Positions 37,228-49,300 of a stretch of 64,000 bases of DNA are shown here, in pieces (position 1 is the stretch's first letter; each line of letters starts with the position of its first letter). Source of the stretch: a virus; the IMG/VR virus record IMGVR_UViG_3300021197_000864, positions 31,572 to 95,571 of that record. One strand, given 5' to 3'. A program made the position numbers and the translations under genes. Under the pieces are notes generated by a model. The model did no database searches. It was not told where the DNA came from and was given only the letters and a program-made list of their open reading frames with translations.

Positions 37228-38176
37228 AAGTGAAATGATAGAGTGGATTAATCAGTATAATGGTAAGATGAATTGCTATTATACTATCTACGACTTTACG
37301 TTCTTTTCTGAAAAGGAAAAGATAGAATCTTCTGTAATCAAAGATAGAGCATTTTTAGATTTAGATGCTCATGGAGATATGCCCCTCAGTAGGGCATACT
37401 TCGATTTACAACTCTTAGCAAGAAAGTTTCTAAAACAAGATATATTATTTCAAATGTATTTTAGTGGTAAAGGGTTTCATGTTATTGTACACGGTGAGAT
37501 TGCTAATGATATAAGACAAATCCAATCTTGGTATAGACAAACTAAGAATCATGATGGATTTGTTTTAGAGTCTTTAGATGATAGCGGAATACAAACTAAC
37601 AGATTAAGGAGAATACCAAATACAGTTAACTTGAGTAGTAGTGATGAGAATGGTGAGCCGTATTTCTGTATTCCTATCTTAAAAGAGGATTTAGATAGAC
37701 CGTTAGAGTATATTACTGAATTAGCAAAAAAGCCTAGATACATCCAAAGTAAATACGGACACAAACTAACAAAGTGGCCTGATGTTAAACCGATTGAAAT
37801 GTCTGATATAGAAGTTGAAGCCGTTAGACCAATTGGTAATTTACCAATATTACCTTGTTTACACAACGCTATAATGGTTCAAAATCCGGGACATTACGCT
37901 AGAGTATATCTAGTTCAATGGTATAGGGACATACTAACTATGGGAAATAAGAATCTTTCTTTAGATGATAAAAAAAGAGTAGCGAAAACTATTATGGATG
38001 AACTAACTAAAATAGCAGAAAAAGATGATATATGGTTAGATTGGAATGCTAATAAGACTAAAAACTATGTATGGGGTATAGTAAATAAAGGGTACAATGC
38101 ACCCAGTTGTTATAATGTATTAATCCCTGACGGTTATTGTATCGGCAAATGTTGGAGGTATCACGATGTTAACTGA
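37148..38176 (+). CDS. Archaeo-eukaryotic primase, PriS fused to a PriL-like Fe-S domain
   Basis: FLDLD, FSGKGFH and RRIPNT motifs, then LPCL...YNAPSC...YCIGKC. Confidence 0.87.
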   Translation: MKYPKEVWAGSHLKNARQMKRHIVKNKSEMIEWINQYNGKMNCYYTIYDFTFFSEKEKIESSVIKDRAFLDLDAHGDMPLSRAYFDLQLLARKFLKQDILFQMYFSGKGFHVIVHGEIANDIRQIQSWYRQTKNHDGFVLESLDDSGIQTNRLRRIPNTVNLSSSDENGEPYFCIPILKEDLDRPLEYITELAKKPRYIQSKYGHKLTKWPDVKPIEMSDIEVEAVRPIGNLPILPCLHNAIMVQNPGHYARVYLVQWYRDILTMGNKNLSLDDKKRVAKTIMDELTKIAEKDDIWLDWNANKTKNYVWGIVNKGYNAPSCYNVLIPDGYCIGKCWRYHDVN

Positions 38177-38284
38177 TGAAAGAATAAATGACATATGGAA
38201 ACTAGATGAAAATGGTGGGATATCAGAAGAGTATCTTAAGGAAATAAAAAAGATTCAGAAATCAGTAGATACGGAGGAAGAGGA

Positions 38285-38995
38285 ATGAAATTAATAATTG
38301 ATAGTAGAGAAAATTCTTCTTTAACTGAGTGTGTTGAAATAGAAGCACTCGGTCTTAAGATTGATACTCAAAAAGAGTGGTTAGAAATAGGAGATTATGT
38401 CTTTGATGATGTTTGTTTTGAAGCAAAATCTTCATTTGATTTCTTACAGTCTGTAATAAATAAAAGAATTTGGAGTCAAATTGACAACATGGATAGGGCA
38501 TTTGAAAATAATAATGTGATTATTTATGGAAGTCTTGACAAGGCTATCAAAGAATATCGTAAAAGAGTAACCAAGGTTAGTCTTAGAGGTGAGGGTATTT
38601 TTGGAAGACCTAGTTTTTTACATAACAAGTTTATGGGTGCAATAGGTAAAATAATATTAGATACAGATTGTAATGTAATATTAGTAGATAACGAAAAAAT
38701 GGCGGCTAAAGTTATATGTGCTGTATGCAAAATGAAGCCAATTGATAGGTCTGTATATCAGCCTAGAATAATAAAACAAAAGAAAATCAGCACAGCAGAT
38801 TTGCGTATAGACGTATTGATGACTATAAAAGGTATCAGTGAAACAAAAGCACAAATGTTAATTGATGAATTTGGTTCAATAATGGAAATAGGTGAATCAA
38901 CTATCAAAGAAATATCTATGATAGATGGTTTTGGTAGTACATTAGCAAGAAGAGTAATAGATACTCTTAACTCTGAAGAAAAACAGGTGATATAA
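38285..38995 (+). CDS. ERCC4/XPF-family nuclease with HhH domain
   Basis: IIDSRE, LEIGDY, FEAKS..DF..S, IKGIS and IDGFG motifs. Confidence 0.88.
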   Translation: MKLIIDSRENSSLTECVEIEALGLKIDTQKEWLEIGDYVFDDVCFEAKSSFDFLQSVINKRIWSQIDNMDRAFENNNVIIYGSLDKAIKEYRKRVTKVSLRGEGIFGRPSFLHNKFMGAIGKIILDTDCNVILVDNEKMAAKVICAVCKMKPIDRSVYQPRIIKQKKISTADLRIDVLMTIKGISETKAQMLIDEFGSIMEIGESTIKEISMIDGFGSTLARRVIDTLNSEEKQVI

Positions 38996-38997
38996 AA

Positions 38998-40470
38998 ATG
39001 GAAAATGTAAAGAATGTAAAAATAGAAAATGAAGAAGATAGTGTGTATTATGGTTTTATTGAAGACGATAATATGGATAGGAGTGAAAGCCATAGGGTTA
39101 GGCTACCTGCATTTATACAAGAATATGTAGCAAATGCAGTTCAAGTATCAAAGTATAATAATATCCCTGCTGCACTTACTGCATTTAATTTATTAGGACA
39201 ATTATGTAAAGATAAGGTGGTGATAGTTAGAGGTCAAGGTAGAGAAGATACTAGAGTTCCAGTATTGTGGCTACAAACTTCAGGTACAGGTAAGTCTGAA
39301 ATGTACAATTTCTTTGGACCTATATCTAGAAAGACCTTTGAGATTTTAAATGAAAAGCATGGTACTAATTTTACTATTTTTGATGTAACAGAAACAACAG
39401 ATGCAGCATTAATAGGTTCTATGAAACAAGAACAAGAAGTGGTTGAAGATGAAGATGGTAATACTCGTACCGTATATGTAGATGTTCAGACTAAAGGTGC
39501 ATTTGAAGGAGATGGCCTTATTGTTTATGATGAGTTTGAATATTCAGGTGTCTTTAAACAGTCTCAACATAAAGAGAATATTATTTTATATTTGAATAAG
39601 TTGATGAATAGTATTCATGGTGAAAATTATATAATTAAAAAGAAATTAAAAGATGGTGATGAGAATATTATTTGTGAGAGTAAGCGTTCTCCTTATGCTA
39701 CTTCTTATATCCCTAAAGGGTTGACAGTGGTTATTGCAGAAAAGGGTGTACTACAAAGAATGTTAATATTCATTTGGGAAGTACCACCTGAAATACAAGA
39801 TGAAATAAGAAAATCAGTAATAATGGAAGTAGGTAAAGAAGTTAATAGGATTGCACCTGTTAACAAGTTTGCAAATGGGTTTGTTAAAATTTATGAAACT
39901 TTAGATGAAAGATTTAAAGAAGTAAATGAAAATCCTAAAGAAGTTGTTAGATACTCAGAAGATTATACTGATGCATTAATGCGTGAATATGAAAACATGA
40001 AAGCATATGTAGCAGATAGTAGACCTGAAGTATTTGAAATTGCAAATAATTTTATCACTAGAATGAACAACCAAATAATTAGAATGTCAGTATTATGTTG
40101 TATAGCAGAAGCCCCAAGTATTAGTGATAAATCTAAAAGGTATATTGTGAATAGTAACCACGTTTTACAAGCATCTTCATTAGTCCGTCAATGTTATAAG
40201 AGTCTCGTATCGTGGTTAGATGTAGCCCTAAAGGTGCAAAAGGAGACTCTGCAAGAAAGAGCCAATATCGGTGCGTTCAAAGAATCGTATTTAGAACTAA
40301 AAGATAATGACGGTTGGGTAAATAAAACAATGTTACTAGCGGAAGTACGTGTAAAAACAAGAAAAGGTAGTAGCACAATTTACAAATGGTGGAGAAAAAT
40401 CGAAGATAATTTTGAAGAGAACCGAGTGCATAAGAAAGTCTACGTTAAACTAAAGGAGGAAAAGAAATGA
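38998..40470 (+). CDS. AAA+ ATPase, putative MCM-like replicative helicase
   Basis: SGTGKS, TDAALIGS, VYDEF, LQRM; C-terminal wHTH-like region. Confidence 0.7.
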   Translation: MENVKNVKIENEEDSVYYGFIEDDNMDRSESHRVRLPAFIQEYVANAVQVSKYNNIPAALTAFNLLGQLCKDKVVIVRGQGREDTRVPVLWLQTSGTGKSEMYNFFGPISRKTFEILNEKHGTNFTIFDVTETTDAALIGSMKQEQEVVEDEDGNTRTVYVDVQTKGAFEGDGLIVYDEFEYSGVFKQSQHKENIILYLNKLMNSIHGENYIIKKKLKDGDENIICESKRSPYATSYIPKGLTVVIAEKGVLQRMLIFIWEVPPEIQDEIRKSVIMEVGKEVNRIAPVNKFANGFVKIYETLDERFKEVNENPKEVVRYSEDYTDALMREYENMKAYVADSRPEVFEIANNFITRMNNQIIRMSVLCCIAEAPSISDKSKRYIVNSNHVLQASSLVRQCYKSLVSWLDVALKVQKETLQERANIGAFKESYLELKDNDGWVNKTMLLAEVRVKTRKGSSTIYKWWRKIEDNFEENRVHKKVYVKLKEEKK

Positions 40471-40745
40471 AAACAATGAAAGAAATAAAAGAATTTGCCT
40501 TTGAGGATTTAGAACTATACTATTTCCTGCAAAAGTCATTTAACGAATTGCAAAAATTTGTTGATTTAATTAAAGGTAGGGATAAAGATAGTGATGAGTA
40601 TTTGTATGGTAGGTATTATTTAATGCCTCACAGCGAAAGAAAAGTTGTAGATGGTGTGATTAATCGCGCTAAGAAATCTACTCATCATGACAATGTTTAT
40701 GCAGCAATGTCCGTTCTAAGTGATGCGATACACTCAACGGAGTAA
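40467..40745 (+). CDS. Hypothetical protein
   Basis: 92 aa. Confidence 0.6.
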   Translation: MKTMKEIKEFAFEDLELYYFLQKSFNELQKFVDLIKGRDKDSDEYLYGRYYLMPHSERKVVDGVINRAKKSTHHDNVYAAMSVLSDAIHSTE

Positions 40746-40755
40746 GTGAATACCG

Positions 40756-40995
40756 ATGGAAAAATTTGAAACACAGTACATTATTTTTGATGTAAAGGAT
40801 GGTCCTAAAACTATAACTGAGTCAATTAATACATTAGGAAAAGAAGGATGGTGGCCTAGTTCAATGTTACCCGTTGGTGGTAGTAAACTATGTCTTTGGT
40901 TAACAAAGAATATATCTTCTAAAACTCCTGACCCCGCAGAAGCGGAAAAGAGTAGGTTATCTGAATTATGGTCTGATATCACAGGTGATGATTGA
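40756..40995 (+). CDS. DUF4177-like small protein
   Basis: INTLGKEGW motif. Confidence 0.55.
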   Translation: MEKFETQYIIFDVKDGPKTITESINTLGKEGWWPSSMLPVGGSKLCLWLTKNISSKTPDPAEAEKSRLSELWSDITGDD

Positions 40996-41588
40996 TGAGT
41001 GTTCTAGCACTAGACATAGAAACTAAGAACTTATCTCATGAAATTGGTGGTTGGCATAATACTCACATGTTTAAAGTGTCAACAATTTGTACATGGGATG
41101 GAGATATAGGAACAATTTATATTGATAAAGCAGTAGATGATTTAAAAAAATCTAATATACAAATTAAACCAATATCACAATTAAAATTTGACTTAGATGA
41201 CCACTTTGAAAAGGGTGGAACTTTGTTAGGACACAATATTGTAGGATTTGATTTAAAAGTTTTGAAAGATGCTTTAGATATTTATTGTATTAAAAAATAT
41301 TTAGACAATAAAGCGTACATAGATACTAGTCTTTATCTTCAAAAAGAATATGGTGAGAGAATTAGACTAGATAATTTGGCACAAAATACATTAGGTTCAG
41401 AAAAACTAATGAACAGTGCAGATGCACCCGCAGTTTGGAAGGCAGGTAGATATTCGGAAGTTGCAGAATATTGTTTAAAGGATTGTGAGTTGGTGTATGA
41501 CTTATGGAAGTATGGTCAAAAAGAAGGCATTGTCAAATGTCTATCTTTTAACAAAGAAGAAATAATTGATTTAAAAGTGAGGTGGTAA
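40992..41588 (+). CDS. DEDDy 3'-5' exonuclease (RNase H-like)
   Basis: LDIET, GHNIVGFD and EYCLKD motifs. Confidence 0.85.
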   Translation: MMSVLALDIETKNLSHEIGGWHNTHMFKVSTICTWDGDIGTIYIDKAVDDLKKSNIQIKPISQLKFDLDDHFEKGGTLLGHNIVGFDLKVLKDALDIYCIKKYLDNKAYIDTSLYLQKEYGERIRLDNLAQNTLGSEKLMNSADAPAVWKAGRYSEVAEYCLKDCELVYDLWKYGQKEGIVKCLSFNKEEIIDLKVRW

Positions 41589-41590
41589 TT

Positions 41591-41746
41591 ATGGATACCG
41601 TAGAAATTATGGTATGGATTATCTTCGTTATAATAATATCTTTATTATTTTTCGCAGCATTTGGAAATTCTAAATATTCAGAATCTTCAATCGAAGAATA
41701 TATGCAGAAATTAATTGACGAGGAAAAACGTAATGACTCTCCGTGA
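41591..41746 (+). CDS. Small single-pass membrane protein
   Basis: Manual translation MDTVEIMVWIIFVIIISLLFFAAFGN...; GAGGTGG RBS. Confidence 0.65.
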   Translation: MDTVEIMVWIIFVIIISLLFFAAFGNSKYSESSIEEYMQKLIDEEKRNDSP

Positions 41747-41882
41747 GCAATGTTTCTTGTGTGGTGAATATACCATTCCAAAAAGAATACATGGTATATA
41801 CATCGGCTCTGCATCATCAATTAAAATTTGGGAATGTAGAGAATGTAAAGCCTTGTGGTCGGAAAAAACTAAAATCGATTAG
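41733..41882 (+). CDS. Small zinc-ribbon protein
   Basis: Manual translation: CFLC...WECRECKALW. Confidence 0.65.
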   Translation: MTLREQCFLCGEYTIPKRIHGIYIGSASSIKIWECRECKALWSEKTKID

Positions 41883-41899
41883 TTTATCCGGCTGCTTGG

Positions 41900-41925
41900 C
41901 TATTTTTTTTTAATTTTTTTTTAAA
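41900..41925 (+). terminator. Oligo-T terminator at the convergence of the replication and virion blocks
   Basis: Two T9 tracts separated by AA, directly after the last plus-strand gene. Confidence 0.6.
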
Positions 41926-42167
41926 ATTTTAAACTTTTTAATGGATATTTTTATTCTGTTCTAAACCTTCTCGATATAAAGTTTCTACAAGATAAATAAT
42001 TTGAATACCCATAATAACAAAAAATGTATTTACATAATACATAGACAATTCTATATCATATGGTTGAGATAAAATGTGTTCTAATGTTACCATATAACTT
42101 TCCCCAGTGTAGTTCTAACACTAGGTAGTTAATTTACATTGTGATTTTTTTAGCAATCTACACCTAA

Positions 42168-42740
42168 TTATTGGGGTTGGGGTATAGACTCCCAATTACC
42201 CATTGTAGTAACGTAATCTCCATATTTTTCGTACATTAATTCTTTGTATTGTCTCATGTTCATTGGATTATCTACTAACCAAGTATCAAACCAACCATAA
42301 TCCCAATGACTATCTTCGGGTATTTCCCACGTTTCTATATCTGCTGTAATTAAAGTAAAGGTTTCATCTTTAGCACAATGTTCCCAAACTAAATCTATTA
42401 CATCTTGACTGTTTTCTATTATAGTTACAGATGTTACATTAGGATTATCAATTAATTTTTGATGTACCATTCCTATACCTAGTCCACCTATCAATACATC
42501 TCCTGTTGCATTATCCCAAAGTTGTTGATGTTCTCTATATTCAGCATAAGAATCTTGCATTATAGGCCAAGGACAACTTTCTTTAGTTAATACTGTGTAT
42601 TCTTCTGCTGTTTCACTTTTCATATTCAAATATCTTTCCCAATTATAATCAGTAGTTTGACCGTTAAAATGTCTAATTGCGAAGTCTCCTGATATTCCTT
42701 CAGGTAAAATAACTCTTTGTCTTGTAGGCATAATAATCAA
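42168..42740 (-). CDS. Class I SAM-dependent methyltransferase (spermidine-synthase-like fold)
   Basis: GDVLIGGLGIG, VTIIENSQDVI, ADI and DYGWFDTW motifs. Confidence 0.75.
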   Translation of the reverse strand: MIIMPTRQRVILPEGISGDFAIRHFNGQTTDYNWERYLNMKSETAEEYTVLTKESCPWPIMQDSYAEYREHQQLWDNATGDVLIGGLGIGMVHQKLIDNPNVTSVTIIENSQDVIDLVWEHCAKDETFTLITADIETWEIPEDSHWDYGWFDTWLVDNPMNMRQYKELMYEKYGDYVTTMGNWESIPQPQ

Positions 42741-43303
42741 ATCACATAGTCATAGGTTAAAGTTACCGTACTAGCATTAGTAGTACCATTAGAATTAGTA
42801 GCACTACCTGTAAACTTTAGCACAATCTCATCACCTGCTGCGGGGTAAGTTAAACCTCCCCTTCCTCCACCAAAAGCAATAATCAATGTTAATCCTATGT
42901 CTCCGGTACTAGCATTAGTTTCATCTTGGTCTGTTGAACCGGAAACTACTACAGAAGCACTACAAGAATTACTTAAACTAGAACTGTGAAGTGAACCTCC
43001 CCATTGAAAACTTGTTGCACCTGTTGCACGAATATATCCTTTAAATGTTTGAGTTAATCCGTTTGCACACCCCGGATAATGATTACCAAACTGACTAACA
43101 TCAGGGTTTACTGTTCCTGAACCACTAGAAAACTCACTACCCGCTACTGACATTCCTGCAAAATTACAATTTGCTGCACCTGCCGCTATAGCGTTATCAT
43201 AATTACCGGAAGCACTTGTAGCGATACTAACACTTGTAGGTGCGGTTGTTATTGCGCCTTGTGCTGCTTGTGCAACAACTCCAACTACACCAATAAAACT
43301 CAA
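42737..43303 (-). CDS. Putative virion / tail-associated protein
   Basis: S/G/T/A-rich beta protein directly after the giant fibre gene. Confidence 0.6.
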   Translation of the reverse strand: MSFIGVVGVVAQAAQGAITTAPTSVSIATSASGNYDNAIAAGAANCNFAGMSVAGSEFSSGSGTVNPDVSQFGNHYPGCANGLTQTFKGYIRATGATSFQWGGSLHSSSLSNSCSASVVVSGSTDQDETNASTGDIGLTLIIAFGGGRGGLTYPAAGDEIVLKFTGSATNSNGTTNASTVTLTYDYVI

Positions 43304-43308
43304 TTAAC

Positions 43309-46300
43309 TCAACCTACCATAATCCAATTATTAGCAGTAACACAAATAAACGATGCTAACTCATGGTCTGCTATTGCTGCATTTGTAAAGCCTGAAATCA
43401 TAGAACAATTAGTGCTATTAAGCGCAATAGAAGCCTGACTACCTTTGTTATTAATTACAGTATATTGAGTTCCTACTGTTCCGCTTGCAGGTAAAGTTAA
43501 TGTCCCACCTGTCCAATAAACGTATGAACCTGATTGTGCTATTGTTAATGTTGTATTACTTGATGCCGCTACAACATTTGCTCTACTTGTCATTTGACCG
43601 GGAATTGCTACTTCACCACTACTACCTATGGTTAATCTCGCTGTTCCACCTGTTGAGAATCCAAAATTGTTGTCACCGATTCGATACATTCCTGTATCAG
43701 TATCGCCATTGAAAGTGTAGTAAGGAGCGGCTTCCGTTCCACTCAAAGCCATAAACTTACCCGAACCACCACCGATATAGAAATTGGTAGCAGTAAAACC
43801 AACATCACCATGCACTTGTAATTTATTACCGTATGATGCACCACCGATAGCAACATTACCGCTTCCGTTTATTTTGAAAGGTGTTGAATCAACATTTGAT
43901 GAATCTTCGACAATAAAAGCATCTCCTGAACCTGTTTGTGTAATTCTTAGTAGTTGTTGGTCTGATGATGCACTAATAACAAACTTTTCAGATGATGAAG
44001 TGTTATCATAAGTAAATGACGCTATTCCATCTTCTGTACCACCATTGTTATACAATAATTCAGTATCACTACCGCCAACTGTGCCGCCTGATGGTGTCTC
44101 CCAAGCAACTCCTGAACCTGTTGAAGTTAGAACTTGACCGTCAGAACCATATGAGTTTCCAATCTTCAATTTTGAATCAACTAAATCAACAGCACCATCT
44201 GAGTATATTTTTAGTCTTGGACTTCCACCTGTTCCTAAGAATATAGCATTCGTATCTTCTCTACCCATGCCGCAATCGTTGTCGTCAATAAATGTGAAAG
44301 ACGGAGATGTATAACTGCCCCCACCAAGAGATATATTTGCTGCTACTGATGCAGTTGAATCAACAGTAAGATTATCAGTTTTTACTGTTCCATCAAAGTA
44401 TGCGTTTTTAAACTGACTACTACCTGTTCCTAAATCTATATCATCATCAGTAACAGGTTCTATTACACCATCTTTAATGAATAATTGAGCAGTTCCATCT
44501 ATTGTAAATCCTATTTGATTTTCTGCATATCGGTATATTCCTGTATTATCATCACCTGCTAATGATAATCCGGGTGCAGTATTAGAACCTGCGATAATCT
44601 CAAATCTTTTATTTGCTTCAACCTTAGAGGATTGCATATACATAGCATTAGAACCACCAACTGAGAATGCTAAAGTATCACTTGTTAATCTATACATTCC
44701 TGTATTAGTATCAGAAGCAAATGAAAATGTAGGTGCGCTTGCTGAACCATTAACACCACCTGCGTTTGTATCGCCACTACTAACAGTAGTGAAACTTAAA
44801 TTTCCACTTCCATCAGTTTGAATGACTTGATTTGCAGAACCATCTGATTGAGGTAAATAATAGAGGCCGTTAATTTGTACCTTACTTGTTGAATCTCGAC
44901 CAAGAACTACTTTACTATTAGCATCATCACCATTGTTAATGTAAATACTTCCCGATGTGGAATCGTTTATCTGAATATATGGCTCAGTCCAACCTGCATT
45001 TGTATTGGTAGTTAGAACCAAATCTTGTGAACCGTTTGAAGATATCTTGGCCGTAGCAGACCCCGTTCCAAATAGAGTTGTAACACTACCCAATGTTTTG
45101 TTAGTGAGGGTTTGAGTACCTGTTAATGTAGCAACTGTTGAATCAATGTTCAATGTTGCACTACCACTTGTAGCCCCACCACTAAGCCCTGTACCTGCAA
45201 CTACTGCTGTTATATCTCCTGAACCTGAACCAAAGTTTTGTGCTGCTATATAATCATAAACTGCATCACCATCAACTAAACCTGTATTACCATTTCCTAC
45301 TGTTCCTGAATCAGCCCATGCTCCATCACCACGAAGATAAGTTGCTGTTTTACCTGCGGGGATTGAAGGTACTAAACCTGCTTTACCTATTGAAGAAGCA
45401 CCTGCACCTTCAAATCTTGGAATGAATATATCTTTTGAACCGCCTACTGTAACCTTAACTCCTTCAGGGGCTTTAATAGTAGTATTATCACTATGGCCTA
45501 CCGCAGTTGTACCTGCATGGCCTCTTACTGTTCCGGTTGTTTGCCCGTTACCGTCAATACCTGTATAATAGACTAATTCATTACCTATTTCTAATAATCC
45601 TCTAGTTGGAAAACCTGTTGCGTCATCTAATTTAATATGGTCTGTTGTGCCTAAATCTGCATCATCTAAACTAGTTGCCGCTATTTGAGAATAAGCCGTT
45701 GTAAAGGCACTAACTTTATCACCTGTTACTGCACTATCTGCTAATTCTGCTGTATCAATAGCATTAGCACCTACCTTATCATTAGTAACTGCACCTGTTC
45801 CTAATCTTGCTTCTGTAATAGCACCTGTACCTATTCTTGATGCAGGTAAAGTTCCTGCTGTTAATTTTTCAGCATTGATTCCTGTTGCTAATTTATCATT
45901 AGCAATAGAACCTGCTAACTTATCTTGTGAAATTGAACCTGCTAATTGTGCATTAGTTATTGTACCTACCAAATTGCTAGTAGTATATCCGGTAGCATTA
46001 GTTAATGTTCCACTTGCAGGAGTTCCTAATACGGGTGCAACTAAAACCATACCACTAGCCATTGTTCCTTGAGAAACTTGTGCAGCAGGTAATGCTGTTG
46101 CGTTTGTTAATACTAAAGCAGAAGGTGTTCCTAATGCGGGTGTAGTAAGAGTAGGACTTGTTAATGTTTTATTGGTTAGAGTTTGTTCTTCTGTTAACTG
46201 AACAATGTTGCTGTTTGTTATAGAAGCAATCTTAGTAGAAGTATCAGCATTACCTGTTAAATCTCCAACAACACTACCACCAAAACTTGTTGCAGTAAAT

Positions 46301-49300
46301 CTTCCTGTACTTGGATTGTAATTAAGTCCTGTATCAGTTTCAACTCCTTGAGTGCCAGTGGCACCATCAACGAATGTTAAATATACAGTTTCATTAGCAG
46401 TATTGTTAGCACTAACAGTTACATTTGTTGCTTCAGTAGAAGTAGATGCATTACCAACAAAACTAGTAGCCTGTAAAGGTACGTTAACTGCTAACCTTGT
46501 ATTACTATGGTCATAAGTTAAAGTTGGTATAGTTCCTGATGACCATCCTGAACCAAATGTTAAACCTGCTCCATTTGTTGCGGCTGATGAACTAGCATCC
46601 TTAGCAACTGTAATGTTTAAATCTGTTACTTCTAATGTAGCAACATCTAATGTTGTAGCAGTACCACTAACTAATAAATCTCCTGTTACAGTTAAGTCTC
46701 CTGAAATAGTAGTATCTACTGTACTAGCACTACCAATAGTGACGTTAGAATCTATGTCTACTAACCTATCTATAAGATTAGCAACATTTACATCTACGTC
46801 TGAATTACTAGTAAATGTTAATGAACTTTGCATATAAGTGGCTAAATTAGCCATTGTTGCTTTTCTATTAGTACCATCTGCACCATCATCAACAATCATT
46901 AAATCTGTATTAACTAAGTTATTGTTAAGAGCAGTTGCACCATCTATATTCAATGCAGTTAATGCAACCTTATCAGCAGTAGAAATTGTAGAAAGTTTAG
47001 AATCAGCAATAGAACCTGCTAACATAGCATTACTAACTTGAACTTCTGATATTACACCTGCTGATGTTGCACCTAATACTCTATTATTTGTTGTAGTATG
47101 TTGTAATTTTGCATAAGTTACTGCATCGTCAGCAATCATAGCAGTTGCAACTTGAACTTCTGATACTGCTCCATCTGCACTTGAACTTCCTAATACTCTA
47201 TTTGCAGTAGCAATATTTTGCATTTTAGCATATGTTACTGCATCAGCAGCAATTGTTGTAGCACCATCACCACTTGAAGTTACATCACCTGAATGGTTTG
47301 GATGACTATAAACTGTATCTGTATCAGGCAAAGTAATAGCCATTACATATGGGTCGCTTGTTGTTCCACTACCTGATAAATTAGTCCCTGCTGTTCCTGT
47401 TGCCGCAGTAAACTTGATGAACTCATTTTCAGTAATGATTAGGTCATCATTATCATCATCTCTAATTTTGAATCCATCACCCATATCTACCGTATTAGTA
47501 AATGAAGTAATATAACCATAATCCTCAATCTTCTCTCTAATAGCACCTGCTGTCATTAAAGAAGTATCATTGTCTGCAAATCCAGTACCCGTATGAATAG
47601 TAGTAATACCGACCGTTCCTGTTGAAGCATCGTCAAAAGTCCATGTTCCTGTTGTTGTAAAACCTGCGGCAGTTATTGTTCCTGTTGTAGTATCATTAGC
47701 ATCATTCTTCAAGAATGCATCATCAACACTAAACTCTGTTCCACTTAATGTTAAGTTAGTTCCTGCTGTGTATTCGGTGTTAGTATTAGTATCAGTAGAA
47801 GAAATAGTTACAACACCATCTACTTCTGCTAAAGTAATATTACTACCTTTCTTTAATCTTAATGCCTCAGTCGAAGTTAGAGTATTATTAACAGAACCAT
47901 CACCATTTGTATCTAACTCTATTGTTCTAAATGTATTAGTGTTGGCTACATCGTTAGTAATAGTTAATGTTCCATCAGCACTTGTATCAGTTGAAATTCC
48001 TGTACCACCTGCAATAGTTAATGTTTCACCTTCAACAATAGTGGTTGCATTTGAATTAGAATCTCCTACTACAATGAATCCATCACCCATATTTATGGTA
48101 TCAGTATTAGTATCAGTAGAGGATATTGTTAATTCAGTAGCACTTGTTCTTGTTACTGTAACATTAGTTCCACCTGTTATAGTGATGTCATCATTACTTC
48201 CACTAGAAGGGTCTAATCTTAAAACGGGATTATTGTTATTACCCCCTGTTTGTTCTAAGGTTAAATCATAAGTTGTGTTAGTATCGGTATTTGTTACTGT
48301 ATTAGCAATTGTAATTACTCCATCAGAAGTAGATGTAGTAGTTATTCCTGTACCTGCTGCAATAGTAATAGTATCATTATGACCAACAGTAGTAGGTGCA
48401 GTGTTAGTTGTACCTCTTAATGTGAATGTAGTTAACTGATTAGTGTTAGTATCAGTATTTGCTAAGTTTGTTAATATTGAAGCACTATTAAAATAAGTTG
48501 TTAAATTATCAATAGTCATTTCTCTCAAAGCAGATTCAGATGTATCGTGTATTATTAGTGAATCACCTGAAGCAACATTGTTTCCTAAATCAGTAGCACC
48601 TGTTATATCACCTGTTGCAAAGTTAGAAGCACCTGCCGCACTAGCACCAATAGCCGTTCTAAAGTCTGCATCACTTAATGCTGAAACGGTATTATCCGCA
48701 TTCAATCTTGGAAATGTAATTGCACTAGGGTTAGTTAATGTGAATAAATTAGCACCAACAGTAGTAGCACCTAATCCTGTTCTAGCACCACTAACGGTAG
48801 TAGAACCTGTACCTCCACTTGATATTGCTAGAGTAGAAGATAAACCACCCGCAGTTCCCGTAGTATTTTCATTTTGTAATGCTAAAGTACCTTGTGTATT
48901 AGGTAATGTAATTGTAATATCATTATTAGACCCACTTGGATTACCACCTACTAATGTTGTCTCACTATTATCAGCAGTAGAACCTTCAAAGACTACACCA
49001 TTACTTGTTGATACAGTTTCTACATTATTTGTAGTTACTGTGCCTGTTACTGTTAAATCACCCGGAATTGAAACTGCTGTATTACCGTCACCAATAGTAA
49101 GAGCATTACTTGGCATTGCCGCATTAAGAGCAGAATGAACATTTGTCGTATCTGTTACATCAGCAGATGTTTCTATGCCATCTAGTTTATCGAACATTTC
49201 ATCAGACATAACACCCCAATTATCTGTATCTGCTAAAGGTAGTTCTGCATTAGTACCATCAGAAGATACAACGTGTAATTTAGTTCCATCTCTACTTACA

